Below are positions 1 to 9,037 of a stretch of DNA of 52,055 nucleotides, one piece after another. The DNA is from an uncultured Actinomycetales bacterium. GTDB lineage: Bacteria; Actinomycetota; Actinomycetes; Actinomycetales; Angustibacteraceae. Made by a program: the position numbers and the translations under genes. The number at the start of each line of letters is the position of its first letter. The stretch's first letter is position 1. Where the stretch lies: contig CAXTEJ010000025.1 in assembly GCA_964243295.1 (NCBI GenBank), positions 1 through 52,055 of the forward strand, given 5' to 3'. The notes under the pieces are model-generated. The model saw only the letters and a list, made by a program, of their open reading frames with translations, was not told the origin of the DNA and made no database searches.

Positions 1-424
1 GCTGTCGCTCAAGCAGGCCAACGACAGCGCGATGTCGCCCACGGCCGAGTTCGACCCCACGCTCTACGGCATGGCGGCCGAGTACGACGAGGCCGGTCAG
101 TACAAGTACCCCGAGGGCTTCGACCCCGAGACCAACGACTGGCTCGAGGGCTACGAGTCCCAGCGCGAGGTGTGGGAGAAGCAGTACGCCGAGGCCCACT
201 CGCGCTACGAGGCGCACAAGGCCCAGGTCGAGGAGGCCCAGCGGGCCGACGCCGAGGCCCGCAGCGGCGGTGGCGAGGCGCCGACGTCCTACTCCTCGCA
301 GACCGGTGGCGGCAGCGACGACGTCGACGTCGACGTCGCGACCGCCCAGGACGACGAGGCCGAGGGCACGCTCGCCTCGGACGAGGCCCTGGCCGCCCTG
401 CGCGAGAAGCTCACCGGCGCCTGA
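1..424 (+). CDS. rpsA: 30S ribosomal protein S1, C-terminal part (5' end of the gene lies outside the window)
   Basis: Open frame from base 2 (LSLKQANDSAMSPTAEFDPTLYGMAAEYDEAGQYKYPEGFDPETNDWLEGY...TLASDEALAALREKLTGA) matches the conserved C-terminus of actinobacterial RpsA. rpsA-coaE-uvrB order as in M. tuberculosis Rv1630-1633. Confidence 0.8.
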   Translation, partial: LSLKQANDSAMSPTAEFDPTLYGMAAEYDEAGQYKYPEGFDPETNDWLEGYESQREVWEKQYAEAHSRYEAHKAQVEEAQRADAEARSGGGEAPTSYSSQTGGGSDDVDVDVATAQDDEAEGTLASDEALAALREKLTGA

Positions 425-500
425 CGCCGACGACGGCCCCGCACCCCGCCCGGGTGCGGGGCCGTCGTGCGTTGCGGGTCAGCGCACCTAGGCTGCGGCC

Positions 501-1445
501 GTGCTGCGGATCGGGTTGACCGGTGGGACCGGTGCGGGCAAGTCCACGGTGGCGCAGCTGCTTGGTGGCCAGGGCGCCGTGCTCATCGATGCCGACGTCC
601 TGGCCCGCGAGGTTCTCGCGCCGGGCTCGGCCGGGCTCGCGGCGGTCGTCGCCGAGTTCGGCCCCGGCGTCCTCGCACCGGACGGCGCGCTCGACCGACC
701 CGCGCTCGCCGCGGCAGCCTTCGCCTCCGACGACCGCCGCCGCGTCCTCGAGGGGATCACCCACCCGCGCATCGCCGCCCGCACCCGCGAGCTGTTCGCC
801 GCCGCGCCGGCCGACGCCGTGGTGGTGCACGACGTGCCGCTGCTGGTCGAGAAGGGGATGGGACCGGCGTACCACCTCGTGGTGGTCGTCGACGCCGACG
901 TCGAGACCCGCGTCGCCCGGCTCGGCGCGCGCGGCATGGCGGAGGGCGACGCGCGCTCGCGCATCCGCGCGCAGGCCACCCGCGAGCAGCGGCTGGCGGC
1001 CGCTGACGTGTGGCTGGAGAACCAGGGCGCCCAGCCGGCGCTGGCGCGGGCCGTCGAGCGGCTGTGGCTCGAGCGGCTGCTGCCCTACGAGCAGAACGTG
1101 CGGCAGCGCACCGCGGTCCCGAAGCCGACGGCTGCGGTGCCGTCCGACCCGTCCTGGCCCGCGCAGGCGGCGCGGCTGCTGGCCCGGTTGCGGCTGGTGG
1201 CGGGGGAGCGCGCCGTCGACGCGCGGCACGTGGGACCGACGTCCGAGCCGGGGCAGCCGGCGGCCGACGTCCTCGATCTCGAGCTCGGGCTTAGGTCGGC
1301 GCCGGACGCGGGCGTGCTCGCCGACCCGCTCGCCGACGCCGGCTTCCCCCCCGACGGCGAGCCGCCGGCCGGCTGCCTGGCGTGCTGCGGGTCCGCCGAC
1401 CCGGGGCGGCCGGCGAGGCTGCTGCTGCGCGAGCAGGCTCCCTGA
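501..1445 (+). CDS. coaE: Dephospho-CoA kinase with C-terminal GrpB-like remnant
   Basis: GTG start. N-term MLRIGLTGGTGAGKST carries the P-loop and CoaE fold (..VIDADVLAREV..ITHPRI..). Last ~110 aa (DPSWPAQAARLL..RHVGPTSEPG..DLELGL) resemble the N-terminal half of a GrpB/UPF0157 domain such as is fused to mycobacterial CoaE. Confidence 0.85.
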   Translation: MLRIGLTGGTGAGKSTVAQLLGGQGAVLIDADVLAREVLAPGSAGLAAVVAEFGPGVLAPDGALDRPALAAAAFASDDRRRVLEGITHPRIAARTRELFAAAPADAVVVHDVPLLVEKGMGPAYHLVVVVDADVETRVARLGARGMAEGDARSRIRAQATREQRLAAADVWLENQGAQPALARAVERLWLERLLPYEQNVRQRTAVPKPTAAVPSDPSWPAQAARLLARLRLVAGERAVDARHVGPTSEPGQPAADVLDLELGLRSAPDAGVLADPLADAGFPPDGEPPAGCLACCGSADPGRPARLLLREQAP

Positions 1446-1492
1446 CACCGGCGCCGTCGTGGACTGTCGGTGGGGCCGTCTACCGTTGAGGC

Positions 1493-3595
1493 ATGCGACC
1501 GACGACCGACCTGCAGCGCCGGGTGGCCCCCTTCGAGGTGGTCTCCGAGTTCTCGCCGTCCGGCGACCAGCCGACGGCCATCACCGACCTCACCAAGCGC
1601 GTGACCGAGGGCGAGAAGGACGTCGTCCTGCTCGGCGCCACCGGCACCGGCAAGTCGGCGACCACCGCCTGGCTGATCGAGAAGCTGCAGCGCCCGACGC
1701 TCGTCATGGCGCCCAACAAGACGCTGGCGGCCCAGCTGGCCAACGAGTTCCGCGAGCTGCTGCCGAACAACGCGGTCGAGTACTTCGTCTCGTACTACGA
1801 CTACTACCAGCCCGAGGCCTACATCGCGCAGACCGACACCTACATCGAGAAGGACTCCTCGATCAACGAGGAGGTCGAGCGGCTGCGGCACTCCTCGACG
1901 AGCTCGCTGCTCACCCGCCGCGACGTCATCGTGGTCGCCTCGGTGTCGTGCATCTACGGCTTGGGCACCCCGCAGGAGTACGTCGACCGGATGGCCGTGC
2001 TCAAGGTGGGCGACCAGCTGGAGCGCGACGACCTGCTCCGGCGCTTCGTCGGCATGCAGTACACGCGCAACGACCTCGCCTTCACGCGCGGCACCTTCCG
2101 GGTGCGCGGCGACACCGTCGAGATCATCCCGGTCTACGAGGAGCTCGCGATCCGGATCGAGTTCTTCGGCGACGAGATCGAGCGCATCTACACGCTCCAC
2201 CCGCTCACCGGCGAGGTCGTCAACGAGGAGACGGAGATGTACGTCTTCCCGGCGACCCACTACGTCGCCGGCCCCGAGCGCATGGAGCGGGCGATCACCT
2301 CGATCGAGGCCGAGCTCGAGCAGCGCCTCGCCGAGCTCGACGGGCAGGGCAAGCTGCTCGAGTCGCAGCGGCTGCGCATGCGCACGACGTACGACATCGA
2401 GATGATGCGCCAGGTCGGCTCGTGCTCGGGCATCGAGAACTACAGCCGTCACATCGACGGGCGGGCCCCCGGCACGGCGCCGCACACGCTGATCGACTAC
2501 TTCCCCGAGGACTTCCTGCTCGTCATCGACGAGTCCCACGTCACGGTCCCGCAGATCGGTGCGATGTTCGAGGGCGACATGTCCCGCAAGCGGGCGCTGG
2601 TCGACCACGGCTTCCGGCTGCCCAGCGCCATGGACAACCGGCCGCTGCGCTGGGAGGAGTTCCTCGACCGCATCGGGCAGACGGTCTACCTGTCGGCGAC
2701 GCCCGGCACCTTCGAGCTCGCCAAGGGCGACGGCGTGGTCGAGCAGATCATCCGCCCGACCGGCCTGGTCGACCCGGAGGTCGTCATCAAGCCGACCAAG
2801 GGGCAGATCGACGACCTGCTCCACGAGATCCGGGTGCGTGCCGAGCGCAACGAGCGGGTGCTGGTCACCACGCTGACCAAGAAGATGGCCGAGGACCTCA
2901 CCGACTACCTGCTCGAGCACGGTGTCCGGGTGCGCTACCTGCACTCCGAGGTCGACACGCTGCGCCGCGTCGAGCTGCTGCGCGAGCTGCGCATGGGCGA
3001 GTTCGACGTGCTGGTGGGCATCAACCTGCTGCGCGAGGGGCTCGACCTGCCCGAGGTGTCGCTGGTCGCGATCCTCGACGCCGACAAGGAGGGGTTCCTG
3101 CGCTCTGCCACCTCGCTGATCCAGACGATCGGCCGGGCGGCGCGCAACGTCTCGGGGCAGGTGCACATGTACGCCGACACCATCACGCCGTCCATGGCGC
3201 AGGCGATCGACGAGACCAACCGCCGCCGGGCCAAGCAGGTCGCCTACAACGTCGAGCGCGGCGTCGACCCCATGCCGCTGCGCAAGAAGATCGCCGACAT
3301 CACCGACCTGATCAACCGTGAGGACGCCGACACCGCCGAGCTGCTCGGCGGCGGCGGTCGGCAGCAGTCGCGCGGCAAGACGCCCGTGCCCGGCATGTCC
3401 TCCCGCCCGGACGGCGCCCCCGCCCGGCTCGCCGAGCTGCCGGCCGCCGACCTGGCCGACCTCATCCAGCAGCTGTCCGACCAGATGCACGCCGCCGCGG
3501 CCGACCTGCACTTCGAGCTGGCGGCGCGGTTGCGCGACGAGATCGGCGACCTCAAGAAGGAGCTGCGGGGCATGCAGTCGGCGGGCCACGCCTGA
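1493..3595 (+). CDS. uvrB: Excinuclease ABC subunit B
   Basis: 700 aa. [17 protein letters not shown], Walker A GATGTGKS, helicase motifs, C-terminal UvrB/UvrC interaction domain ([17 protein letters not shown]). Confidence 0.95.
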   Translation: MRPTTDLQRRVAPFEVVSEFSPSGDQPTAITDLTKRVTEGEKDVVLLGATGTGKSATTAWLIEKLQRPTLVMAPNKTLAAQLANEFRELLPNNAVEYFVSYYDYYQPEAYIAQTDTYIEKDSSINEEVERLRHSSTSSLLTRRDVIVVASVSCIYGLGTPQEYVDRMAVLKVGDQLERDDLLRRFVGMQYTRNDLAFTRGTFRVRGDTVEIIPVYEELAIRIEFFGDEIERIYTLHPLTGEVVNEETEMYVFPATHYVAGPERMERAITSIEAELEQRLAELDGQGKLLESQRLRMRTTYDIEMMRQVGSCSGIENYSRHIDGRAPGTAPHTLIDYFPEDFLLVIDESHVTVPQIGAMFEGDMSRKRALVDHGFRLPSAMDNRPLRWEEFLDRIGQTVYLSATPGTFELAKGDGVVEQIIRPTGLVDPEVVIKPTKGQIDDLLHEIRVRAERNERVLVTTLTKKMAEDLTDYLLEHGVRVRYLHSEVDTLRRVELLRELRMGEFDVLVGINLLREGLDLPEVSLVAILDADKEGFLRSATSLIQTIGRAARNVSGQVHMYADTITPSMAQAIDETNRRRAKQVAYNVERGVDPMPLRKKIADITDLINREDADTAELLGGGGRQQSRGKTPVPGMSSRPDGAPARLAELPAADLADLIQQLSDQMHAAAADLHFELAARLRDEIGDLKKELRGMQSAGHA

Positions 3596-3671
3596 GCGCC
3601 GGCTCGCCGCCCGCCGCTCGCGCGGCGTCGTGGCGGGCGGTGGGCCGCCGACTCGGTACGATCGAGGGGTA

Positions 3672-3775
3672 CATCGGAGGGGAGTATCCCCGCGCGGTGT
3701 CCTCGTCATCACGGAGCCGCCGGCACGCCGGCCGCCCCCGGGGACCCGGCCCACGGGTGGGAGAGACCTCCGGCA
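3672..3775 (+). ncRNA. Candidate yybP-ykoY (Mn2+) riboswitch in the 5' leader of the TerC-family gene
   Basis: 5' strand cggaggGGAGUA (about 3675-3686) and 3' strand GAGAGAcctccg (about 3761-3772) reproduce the two conserved legs of the yybP-ykoY element (GGGGAGUA ... GAGAGACC), closed by a 6-bp P1 (cggagg/cctccg). Internal cucGUCAUCAcgg resembles the conserved GUCAUA loop. The 3' P1 strand (cctccgg) can alternatively pair with the RBS ccggaga 8 nt before the terC ATG. TerC/alx genes are classical targets of this riboswitch. Confidence 0.55.
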
Positions 3776-3825
3776 GCAGCGCGACCGCACCTGGCGGCGT
3801 GCGCCTCGACTGACCGGAGACCCGC

Positions 3826-4809
3826 ATGTCCGTTCCCACCTGGGTCTGGCTGACCACCGTCGGCGTCGCCATGGTGTTCCTGCTCGTCGACGTCTTCATC
3901 ATCGGCCGGCGTCCGCACGAGCCGAGCATGGGCGAGTCGGGCCGCCACCTGGCGTTCTTCGTCGCGGCGGCGCTGATCTTCGGTCTCGGCGTCTGGTACT
4001 TCGCCGGTGGCAGGTTCGCCGCGGAGTACTACGCGGGCTGGCTCACCGAGTACTCGCTGTCGATCGACAACCTGTTCATCTTCATCATCATCATGGGCAA
4101 GTTCGCGGTGCCGAGGCACCTGCAGCAGAGCGCCCTGCTCATCGGCATCATCCTGGCGCTGATCTTCCGCGGGATCTTCATCGCCGTCGGCGCCGCGGCG
4201 ATCAACCAGTTCAGCTGGGTGTTCTACCTGTTCGGCGCCTTCCTGGTCTACACGGCCGTCAAGCTCGCCCGCGAGAACGGCGACGACGACGACGAGTTCC
4301 AGGACAACAAGCTGATCGCCTTCACCAAGCGCCACCTGTCGGCCACCGACGAGTACCACGGCACGCACCTGACGATCAAGCGGGACGGCAAGCGCTTCGT
4401 CACCCCGATGCTGCTGGTGCTCATCGCGCTCGGCACGACCGACCTGCTGTTCGCGCTCGACTCCATCCCGGCGATCTACGGCCTCACCAAGGAGCCGTAC
4501 CTCGTGCTGATGGCCAACATCTTCGCGCTCATGGGCCTGCGGCAGCTGTACTTCCTCATCGGCGGGCTGCTCACGCGGCTGGTCTACCTCAGCCTCGGCC
4601 TCGCGTTCCTGCTGCTCTTCATCGGCGTCAAGCTGATCCTGCACGCGCTCCACGAGAACGAGCTGCCGTTCATCAACGGCGGCGAGCACGTGCCGTGGGC
4701 ACCCGACATCCCGATCTGGCTGTCGCTGCTCGTCATCCTCGGCACCCTCGTCGTCACCGCCGTCGCGAGCCTCGCCAAGACCCGGCGCGACGAGCAGGCG
4801 CTGTCCTGA
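3826..4809 (+). CDS. TerC-family integral membrane protein (putative Mn2+/metal exporter)
   Basis: 327 aa, multi-TM. Motifs EYSLSIDNLFIFIIIMGKF and ALDSIPAIYGLT are typical of the TerC/Alx family. Very high GC3. Confidence 0.85.
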   Translation: MSVPTWVWLTTVGVAMVFLLVDVFIIGRRPHEPSMGESGRHLAFFVAAALIFGLGVWYFAGGRFAAEYYAGWLTEYSLSIDNLFIFIIIMGKFAVPRHLQQSALLIGIILALIFRGIFIAVGAAAINQFSWVFYLFGAFLVYTAVKLARENGDDDDEFQDNKLIAFTKRHLSATDEYHGTHLTIKRDGKRFVTPMLLVLIALGTTDLLFALDSIPAIYGLTKEPYLVLMANIFALMGLRQLYFLIGGLLTRLVYLSLGLAFLLLFIGVKLILHALHENELPFINGGEHVPWAPDIPIWLSLLVILGTLVVTAVASLAKTRRDEQALS

Positions 4810-4837
4810 GCGTCCGCTGCACCGCGGCCGTCGTGGC

Positions 4838-5443
4838 GTGCTGAGCGCCGCCACGGCGGTCGGCGCCGTCGGCATCGCCCTCAACCAGGTCTTCATCTGG
4901 CCGCAGGTCGCCCGTGCCGTCCGCACCACCGAGGGCGTCGCCGCGCTGACCGTCCTCGGCGGACTGCTGGCCCGCTCGACCTGGACGACGTACGGCGCCG
5001 TGCTCGACGACACCGAGCTCGTGATCGGCAACGCGACGGTCGCCGTCGGCTTCCTGGTGCTCCTGGTGCTGCTCGTGCGGCGGACCCCTCGCCGGCGCCG
5101 GCTGCTGGCCGGGGCGCTGCTCGTCGCCGTCGTGGTGACCGCGGCGACTGCGGCCGGCTCGTCGGTGCTCGGGGCGGTGGCCGTCGTCACCGCGGCGGTG
5201 GTGAGCCTGCCGCAGATGGCCCGCGCCCTCGCCGACCGCGAGCGGCTGGCGGGTGTCTCGGTGCCGACGTACGTGCTGATCTGCATCGCGTCGGTCTGCT
5301 GGTTCAGCTACGGCGTGCTCATCGGCTCGTGGACGGTCAGCGCCCCGCACGTGGTGCTGCTGCCGACGTCCGCGGTGGTCACCGTGCTGGCCCACCGCAG
5401 CCAGCGCGCCGCCGCCCCGCCCGGCTCGCTCACCCGGCCGTAG
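4838..5443 (+). CDS. PQ-loop repeat membrane protein: fused double SemiSWEET (SWEET-like 3+1+3 TM architecture)
   Basis: GTG start. Two internal repeats each carry a PQ motif followed by a SemiSWEET-like helix pair (WPQVARAVRTTEGVAALTVLGG...TTYGAVL and LPQMARALADRERLAGVSVPTYVL...WFSYGVL), joined by a basic linker plus one extra TM helix. Confidence 0.65.
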   Translation: MLSAATAVGAVGIALNQVFIWPQVARAVRTTEGVAALTVLGGLLARSTWTTYGAVLDDTELVIGNATVAVGFLVLLVLLVRRTPRRRRLLAGALLVAVVVTAATAAGSSVLGAVAVVTAAVVSLPQMARALADRERLAGVSVPTYVLICIASVCWFSYGVLIGSWTVSAPHVVLLPTSAVVTVLAHRSQRAAAPPGSLTRP

Positions 5444-5485
5444 CCTCTCGCCCCGGCGTGGCTCACAGTGCCCCAGGGGCTGCGT

Positions 5486-6067
5486 TCAGCGATCGGTGCG
5501 AGCGGGCTCGAGGCCGAGGGCGGCGCGGGCGGCGGTGAGCGTGCTGGCGCGCAGCACCGCCGGGTCGTCGTCGGGCTCAGCGAAGAGCACGGTGCCGTGC
5601 ACGCCACCGAGCACGAAGCGGACCCGGGCGCGCGCTTGCGGCGAGTCACCGGCCGGACCGGCGAGCAGGGTGGTCAGCTGGAGGTAGAACTCGCGGCCCG
5701 CCTCCATGGCCGGCCGGCCGGTGGCTGAGGGGTCCTGCACGAGCACCCCCAGGAGCCGCCGGTGCTCGAGGACGACGTCGAGGTAACCGGCCAGGGCCGA
5801 TGCCCGGACGGCGTCGTCCACCGGCTGCACCGCATGCCCGGCGAGCACCCGGTTCAGCTCGTCCAGGACCGGCTCGACCAGGGCCTGCAGCAGGTCGTCC
5901 TTGGTGTGGAAGTGGTAGTACAGCGCCGCCTTGGTGAAGCCCAGCCGTTCGGACAGCTCGCGGGTCGTCGTCGCGGCGAAACCGTGTGCGGCGAACAGCT
6001 CCAGCGCGACGTCGAGGATGCGCTGCCGCGTCGATGCTGCAGCGCAGGGGGCGGCGTTGAGGGACAT
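5486..6067 (-). CDS. TetR/AcrR family transcriptional regulator
   Basis: N-terminal HTH RQRILDVALELFAAHGFAATTTRELSERLGFTKAALYYHF. Start taken at ATG 6067 (MSLNAAP..); an upstream in-frame start at 6109 is possible. Divergent from the MMPL gene. Confidence 0.8.
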   Translation of the reverse strand: MSLNAAPCAAASTRQRILDVALELFAAHGFAATTTRELSERLGFTKAALYYHFHTKDDLLQALVEPVLDELNRVLAGHAVQPVDDAVRASALAGYLDVVLEHRRLLGVLVQDPSATGRPAMEAGREFYLQLTTLLAGPAGDSPQARARVRFVLGGVHGTVLFAEPDDDPAVLRASTLTAARAALGLEPARTDR

Positions 6068-6156
6068 GCTCAGCAGCCTAGTCGCCGCCGCTTGACGGTC
6101 GACAAGCAAGTGCTACCGTCAGCTGTCCCAGGCTCCCGGTGGAAGGCAGTTCCCCG

Positions 6157-8298
6157 ATGTTCGCGCGTCTCGCCCAGCTGGTCGTCCACCACCCGTGGCG
6201 GGTGATCCTCGCCTGGGTCATCGCGGCCGTCGCCATCATCGGCTTCGCCCCGACACTGACCTCGACCAGTGACACCGCCAGCTTCCTGCCTCGCGACTAC
6301 GAGTCGATCAAGGCTCAGGACGTGCAGGAGAAGGCCTTCCCGTCCGCGGCCGCCCCGGCCGCACTGGTCGTGGTGGAGCGCCGGGACGGTTCGCCCCTGA
6401 CCGCCGCCGACTCCACGCAGGTCACCGAGATCGCGGCAGCGCTGACTGCGGCGGACATCCCGTTCGTCGACGCGATCACCGCCACGCCGGCCTCGAGCAA
6501 CAGGCTCGTCCAGATCATCGCCGTGCAGATGCCGACGGTGACCGACCCCGCCGACACCCGGTCCAACGACGCTGTCACCGAGCTGCGCGCGCAGCTGCAG
6601 GGCGAGCTGTCCGGCACTGAGCTGGTCGGCGGCATCACCGGCTCGGCGGCGCAGCAGCTGGACGCCGCCGAGTCCGGGAGCAGGGCCGAGGTGATCATCG
6701 GCGTCGCCACGATCGGGTTGATCCTGGTGCTGCTGCTGATCATCTTCCGCAGCCCGATCATCGCGTTCCTGCCGGTGATCACGATCGGCGTCGTCTCGCA
6801 GGTGGCCACGGGGCTGATCGCCTGGGCCAACGACGTCTTCGGTCTGCAGACCGACAGCTCGTCCAGCGCGATCCTGATCGTGGTGCTGTTCGGCGTCGGC
6901 ACCGACTACATCCTCTTCCTGATGTTCCGCTACCGGGAGCGGCTGCGCGCCGGGGAGGACTCCAGGACGGCGATGATCCACGCCGTCAGCCGGGTGGGGG
7001 AGGCCATCACCTCGGCCGCCTTCGCGGTGATCATCGCCTTCCTGGCGCTGACCCTGTCCACCCTGGGACTGTTCAAGTCCCTCGGCCCGGCGCTGGCCAT
7101 CGCGGTGGCGGTGACCCTGGTCGCGGGGCTCACGCTCATCCCGGCGATCGTCTCGCTGCTGGGCACCAGGGTGTTCTGGCCGTCGAAGGCCTGGCGCACC
7201 GAGCCCAAGGCGGCCCGGATCACCGCTGTCGGCAACTCGCTGGGCCGCCATCCCGTCCGCTACGTCGCCGGCGCCGGTGGAGCGATGCTGCTGCTGTCGA
7301 TCGCCGCGCTGGGGTTCAGTGCGAACTTCGACCTCACGGGTGGTTCCACCGCCAGTGCCTCGGAGTCCAGCACGTACAGCCAGGAGCTGCTGAAGGGGCT
7401 ACCGGCCGGGGCCACCCAGCCCACCTACGTCTTCCTGCAGTCCGCCGGCGACACGCTGACCCCGGCTCAGCTGAGCGACTTCGGCAGCAGCCTGACCGGC
7501 GTCGCGGGGGTCGGTACGGTCGGCGAGCCGGTCCTGTCGGAGGACGGGACCGTCGCCGACTACACCGTCACCCTCGCCGACAGCCCGGAGTCCAAGGCCG
7601 CCATCGCGACGGTGGACGGGCCACTGCGGGAGGCCGCGCACGCCGCCGCACCGGGAGGCGCGACGGCGCTGGTCGGCGGGGTCACGGCGATCTACGTCGA
7701 CATCCAGGCCGCGGTGAACCACGACTACCTGGTCGTGTTCCCGGTGGCCGCCCTGCTGATCATGGCGATCCTGGCGCTCCAGCTGCGCAACCTCGTCGCT
7801 CCGGTGTACCTGATGATCTCGGTGGGGCTGGGCTTCACCGCGACGCTCGGCGCCACCGTCCTGATCTTCCAGCAGCTCGCGGGCGAGCCGGGGCTGCTGT
7901 TCATCCTGCCGGTGATCATGTACCTGTTCGTGGTCGCGCTGGGCACCGACTACAACATCCTGATGGTCTCCCGGCTGCGTGAGGAGGCGCAGGAGGGGAG
8001 GTCGCCACGGCAGGCAGCTGCCCTGGCCGTCCGGCACGCGGGGCCGACCATCGCTGCAGCGGGTCTCATCCTGGCCGGGACGTTCGCCTCACTGATGCTG
8101 GCCGGCAACGCGACGCTGACGCAGATGGGGTTCGCGATCTCCTTCGGGATCGCGATCTCGGCCTTCGTGATGGCGATGTTCCTGACCCCGGCGCTGACCG
8201 CGCTGCTGGGGCACGCCGCCTGGTGGCCCGGCAACGGGGACTCACCCCAGCACGGCAGCGACCACGACGAGCGGGCGACGGTCGCCGCGCAGGCCTGA
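6157..8298 (+). CDS. MMPL family (RND superfamily) membrane transporter
   Basis: About 713 aa. Two 6-TM bundles separated by soluble domains; MFARLAQLVVHHPWRVILAWV... start is typical of MmpL proteins. GGAAGG SD 10 nt upstream. Alternative start 6139. Confidence 0.85.
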   Translation: MFARLAQLVVHHPWRVILAWVIAAVAIIGFAPTLTSTSDTASFLPRDYESIKAQDVQEKAFPSAAAPAALVVVERRDGSPLTAADSTQVTEIAAALTAADIPFVDAITATPASSNRLVQIIAVQMPTVTDPADTRSNDAVTELRAQLQGELSGTELVGGITGSAAQQLDAAESGSRAEVIIGVATIGLILVLLLIIFRSPIIAFLPVITIGVVSQVATGLIAWANDVFGLQTDSSSSAILIVVLFGVGTDYILFLMFRYRERLRAGEDSRTAMIHAVSRVGEAITSAAFAVIIAFLALTLSTLGLFKSLGPALAIAVAVTLVAGLTLIPAIVSLLGTRVFWPSKAWRTEPKAARITAVGNSLGRHPVRYVAGAGGAMLLLSIAALGFSANFDLTGGSTASASESSTYSQELLKGLPAGATQPTYVFLQSAGDTLTPAQLSDFGSSLTGVAGVGTVGEPVLSEDGTVADYTVTLADSPESKAAIATVDGPLREAAHAAAPGGATALVGGVTAIYVDIQAAVNHDYLVVFPVAALLIMAILALQLRNLVAPVYLMISVGLGFTATLGATVLIFQQLAGEPGLLFILPVIMYLFVVALGTDYNILMVSRLREEAQEGRSPRQAAALAVRHAGPTIAAAGLILAGTFASLMLAGNATLTQMGFAISFGIAISAFVMAMFLTPALTALLGHAAWWPGNGDSPQHGSDHDERATVAAQA

Positions 8299-8325
8299 CC
8301 CGGCCGCGGAGTTCCGGACGACCCC

Positions 8326-8994
8326 TTACCAGCCTCGCTCGCGCCAGACCGGCAGGCTCGCCCGCTCGGTGCCGAGCGTCGTGTCGGCGCCGTGGCCGGG
8401 GTAGACCCAGGTGTCGTCGGGCAGCACGGCGAACAGCCGCTGCTCGACGTCGTCGACCAGCGAGGCGAAGCGCGAGGTGTCCTGCTGGGTGTTGCCCACC
8501 CCGCCGGGGAACAGCGAGTCGCCGGTGAAGGCGTGCGCGCTGCCCGCCGGGTCGCGGTAGACGAGCGCCACCGAACCGGGCGTGTGGCCGCGCAGGTGGA
8601 CGACGTCGAGCGTGACGTGGCCGAACGTCACCACGTCCCCGTGCTCGAGCAGCTGGCCGACGGGCACGGGCAGCGCGTCGGCGTCGGCGGTGCCCGCGGC
8701 GGTGCGGGCACCGGTGTGGTCGACCACCTCCGCCAGAGCGCGGTGGTGGTCCCAGTGCTGGTGCGTCGTCACGACCACGTCGAGCTCGCCGCTGCCCTCG
8801 GCCACCAGGCGCACCAGCCGGGGCGCGTCGTCCGCCGCGTCGACCAGCAGCTGGCCGCCGGTGGCGGTGCAGGTCAGCAGGTAGGCGTTGTTGTCCTGGG
8901 GGCCGACGCTGACCTTGCGGATGGTCAGGGCCGACAGCTCGCGGACGTCGGCGTCGCCGCCCGAGGTCACGTCCCCGGTGTAGGTGGTGGTCAT
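8326..8994 (-). CDS. MBL-fold metallo-hydrolase (glyoxalase II-like)
   Basis: THQHWDHH metal-binding motif, HTPGS and later D/H ligands. Sits immediately before uvrA, as Rv1637c does in M. tuberculosis. Confidence 0.8.
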   Translation of the reverse strand: MTTTYTGDVTSGGDADVRELSALTIRKVSVGPQDNNAYLLTCTATGGQLLVDAADDAPRLVRLVAEGSGELDVVVTTHQHWDHHRALAEVVDHTGARTAAGTADADALPVPVGQLLEHGDVVTFGHVTLDVVHLRGHTPGSVALVYRDPAGSAHAFTGDSLFPGGVGNTQQDTSRFASLVDDVEQRLFAVLPDDTWVYPGHGADTTLGTERASLPVWRERGW

Positions 8995-9037
8995 GGCGCG
9001 ACCTTAGGACGCCCCGGTGACAGCCGCCGGCCCGAGG

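Noticed and set aside
523-3321. 932-aa plus-strand ORF spanning coaE and uvrB in another frame (and similar giant ORFs: 1085-3790(-), 3709-5286(-), 6070-7251(-), 9017-10753(+), 11951-13513(+), 12021-14312(-), 14287-17022(-), 17176-18969(-), 25723-27300(+), 27159-29099(+), 29911-32202(+), 32269-35805(-), 34950-36122(+), 37030-38661(+), 39215-41101(-), 40867-42165(-), 43359-44822(-), 46030-47100(-))
   Set aside because: Out-of-frame or antisense read-through of strongly supported genes. Arg/Pro/Gly/Ala-rich composition typical of wrong-frame translation of >70 % GC DNA. Poor third-position GC bias compared with the called frames.
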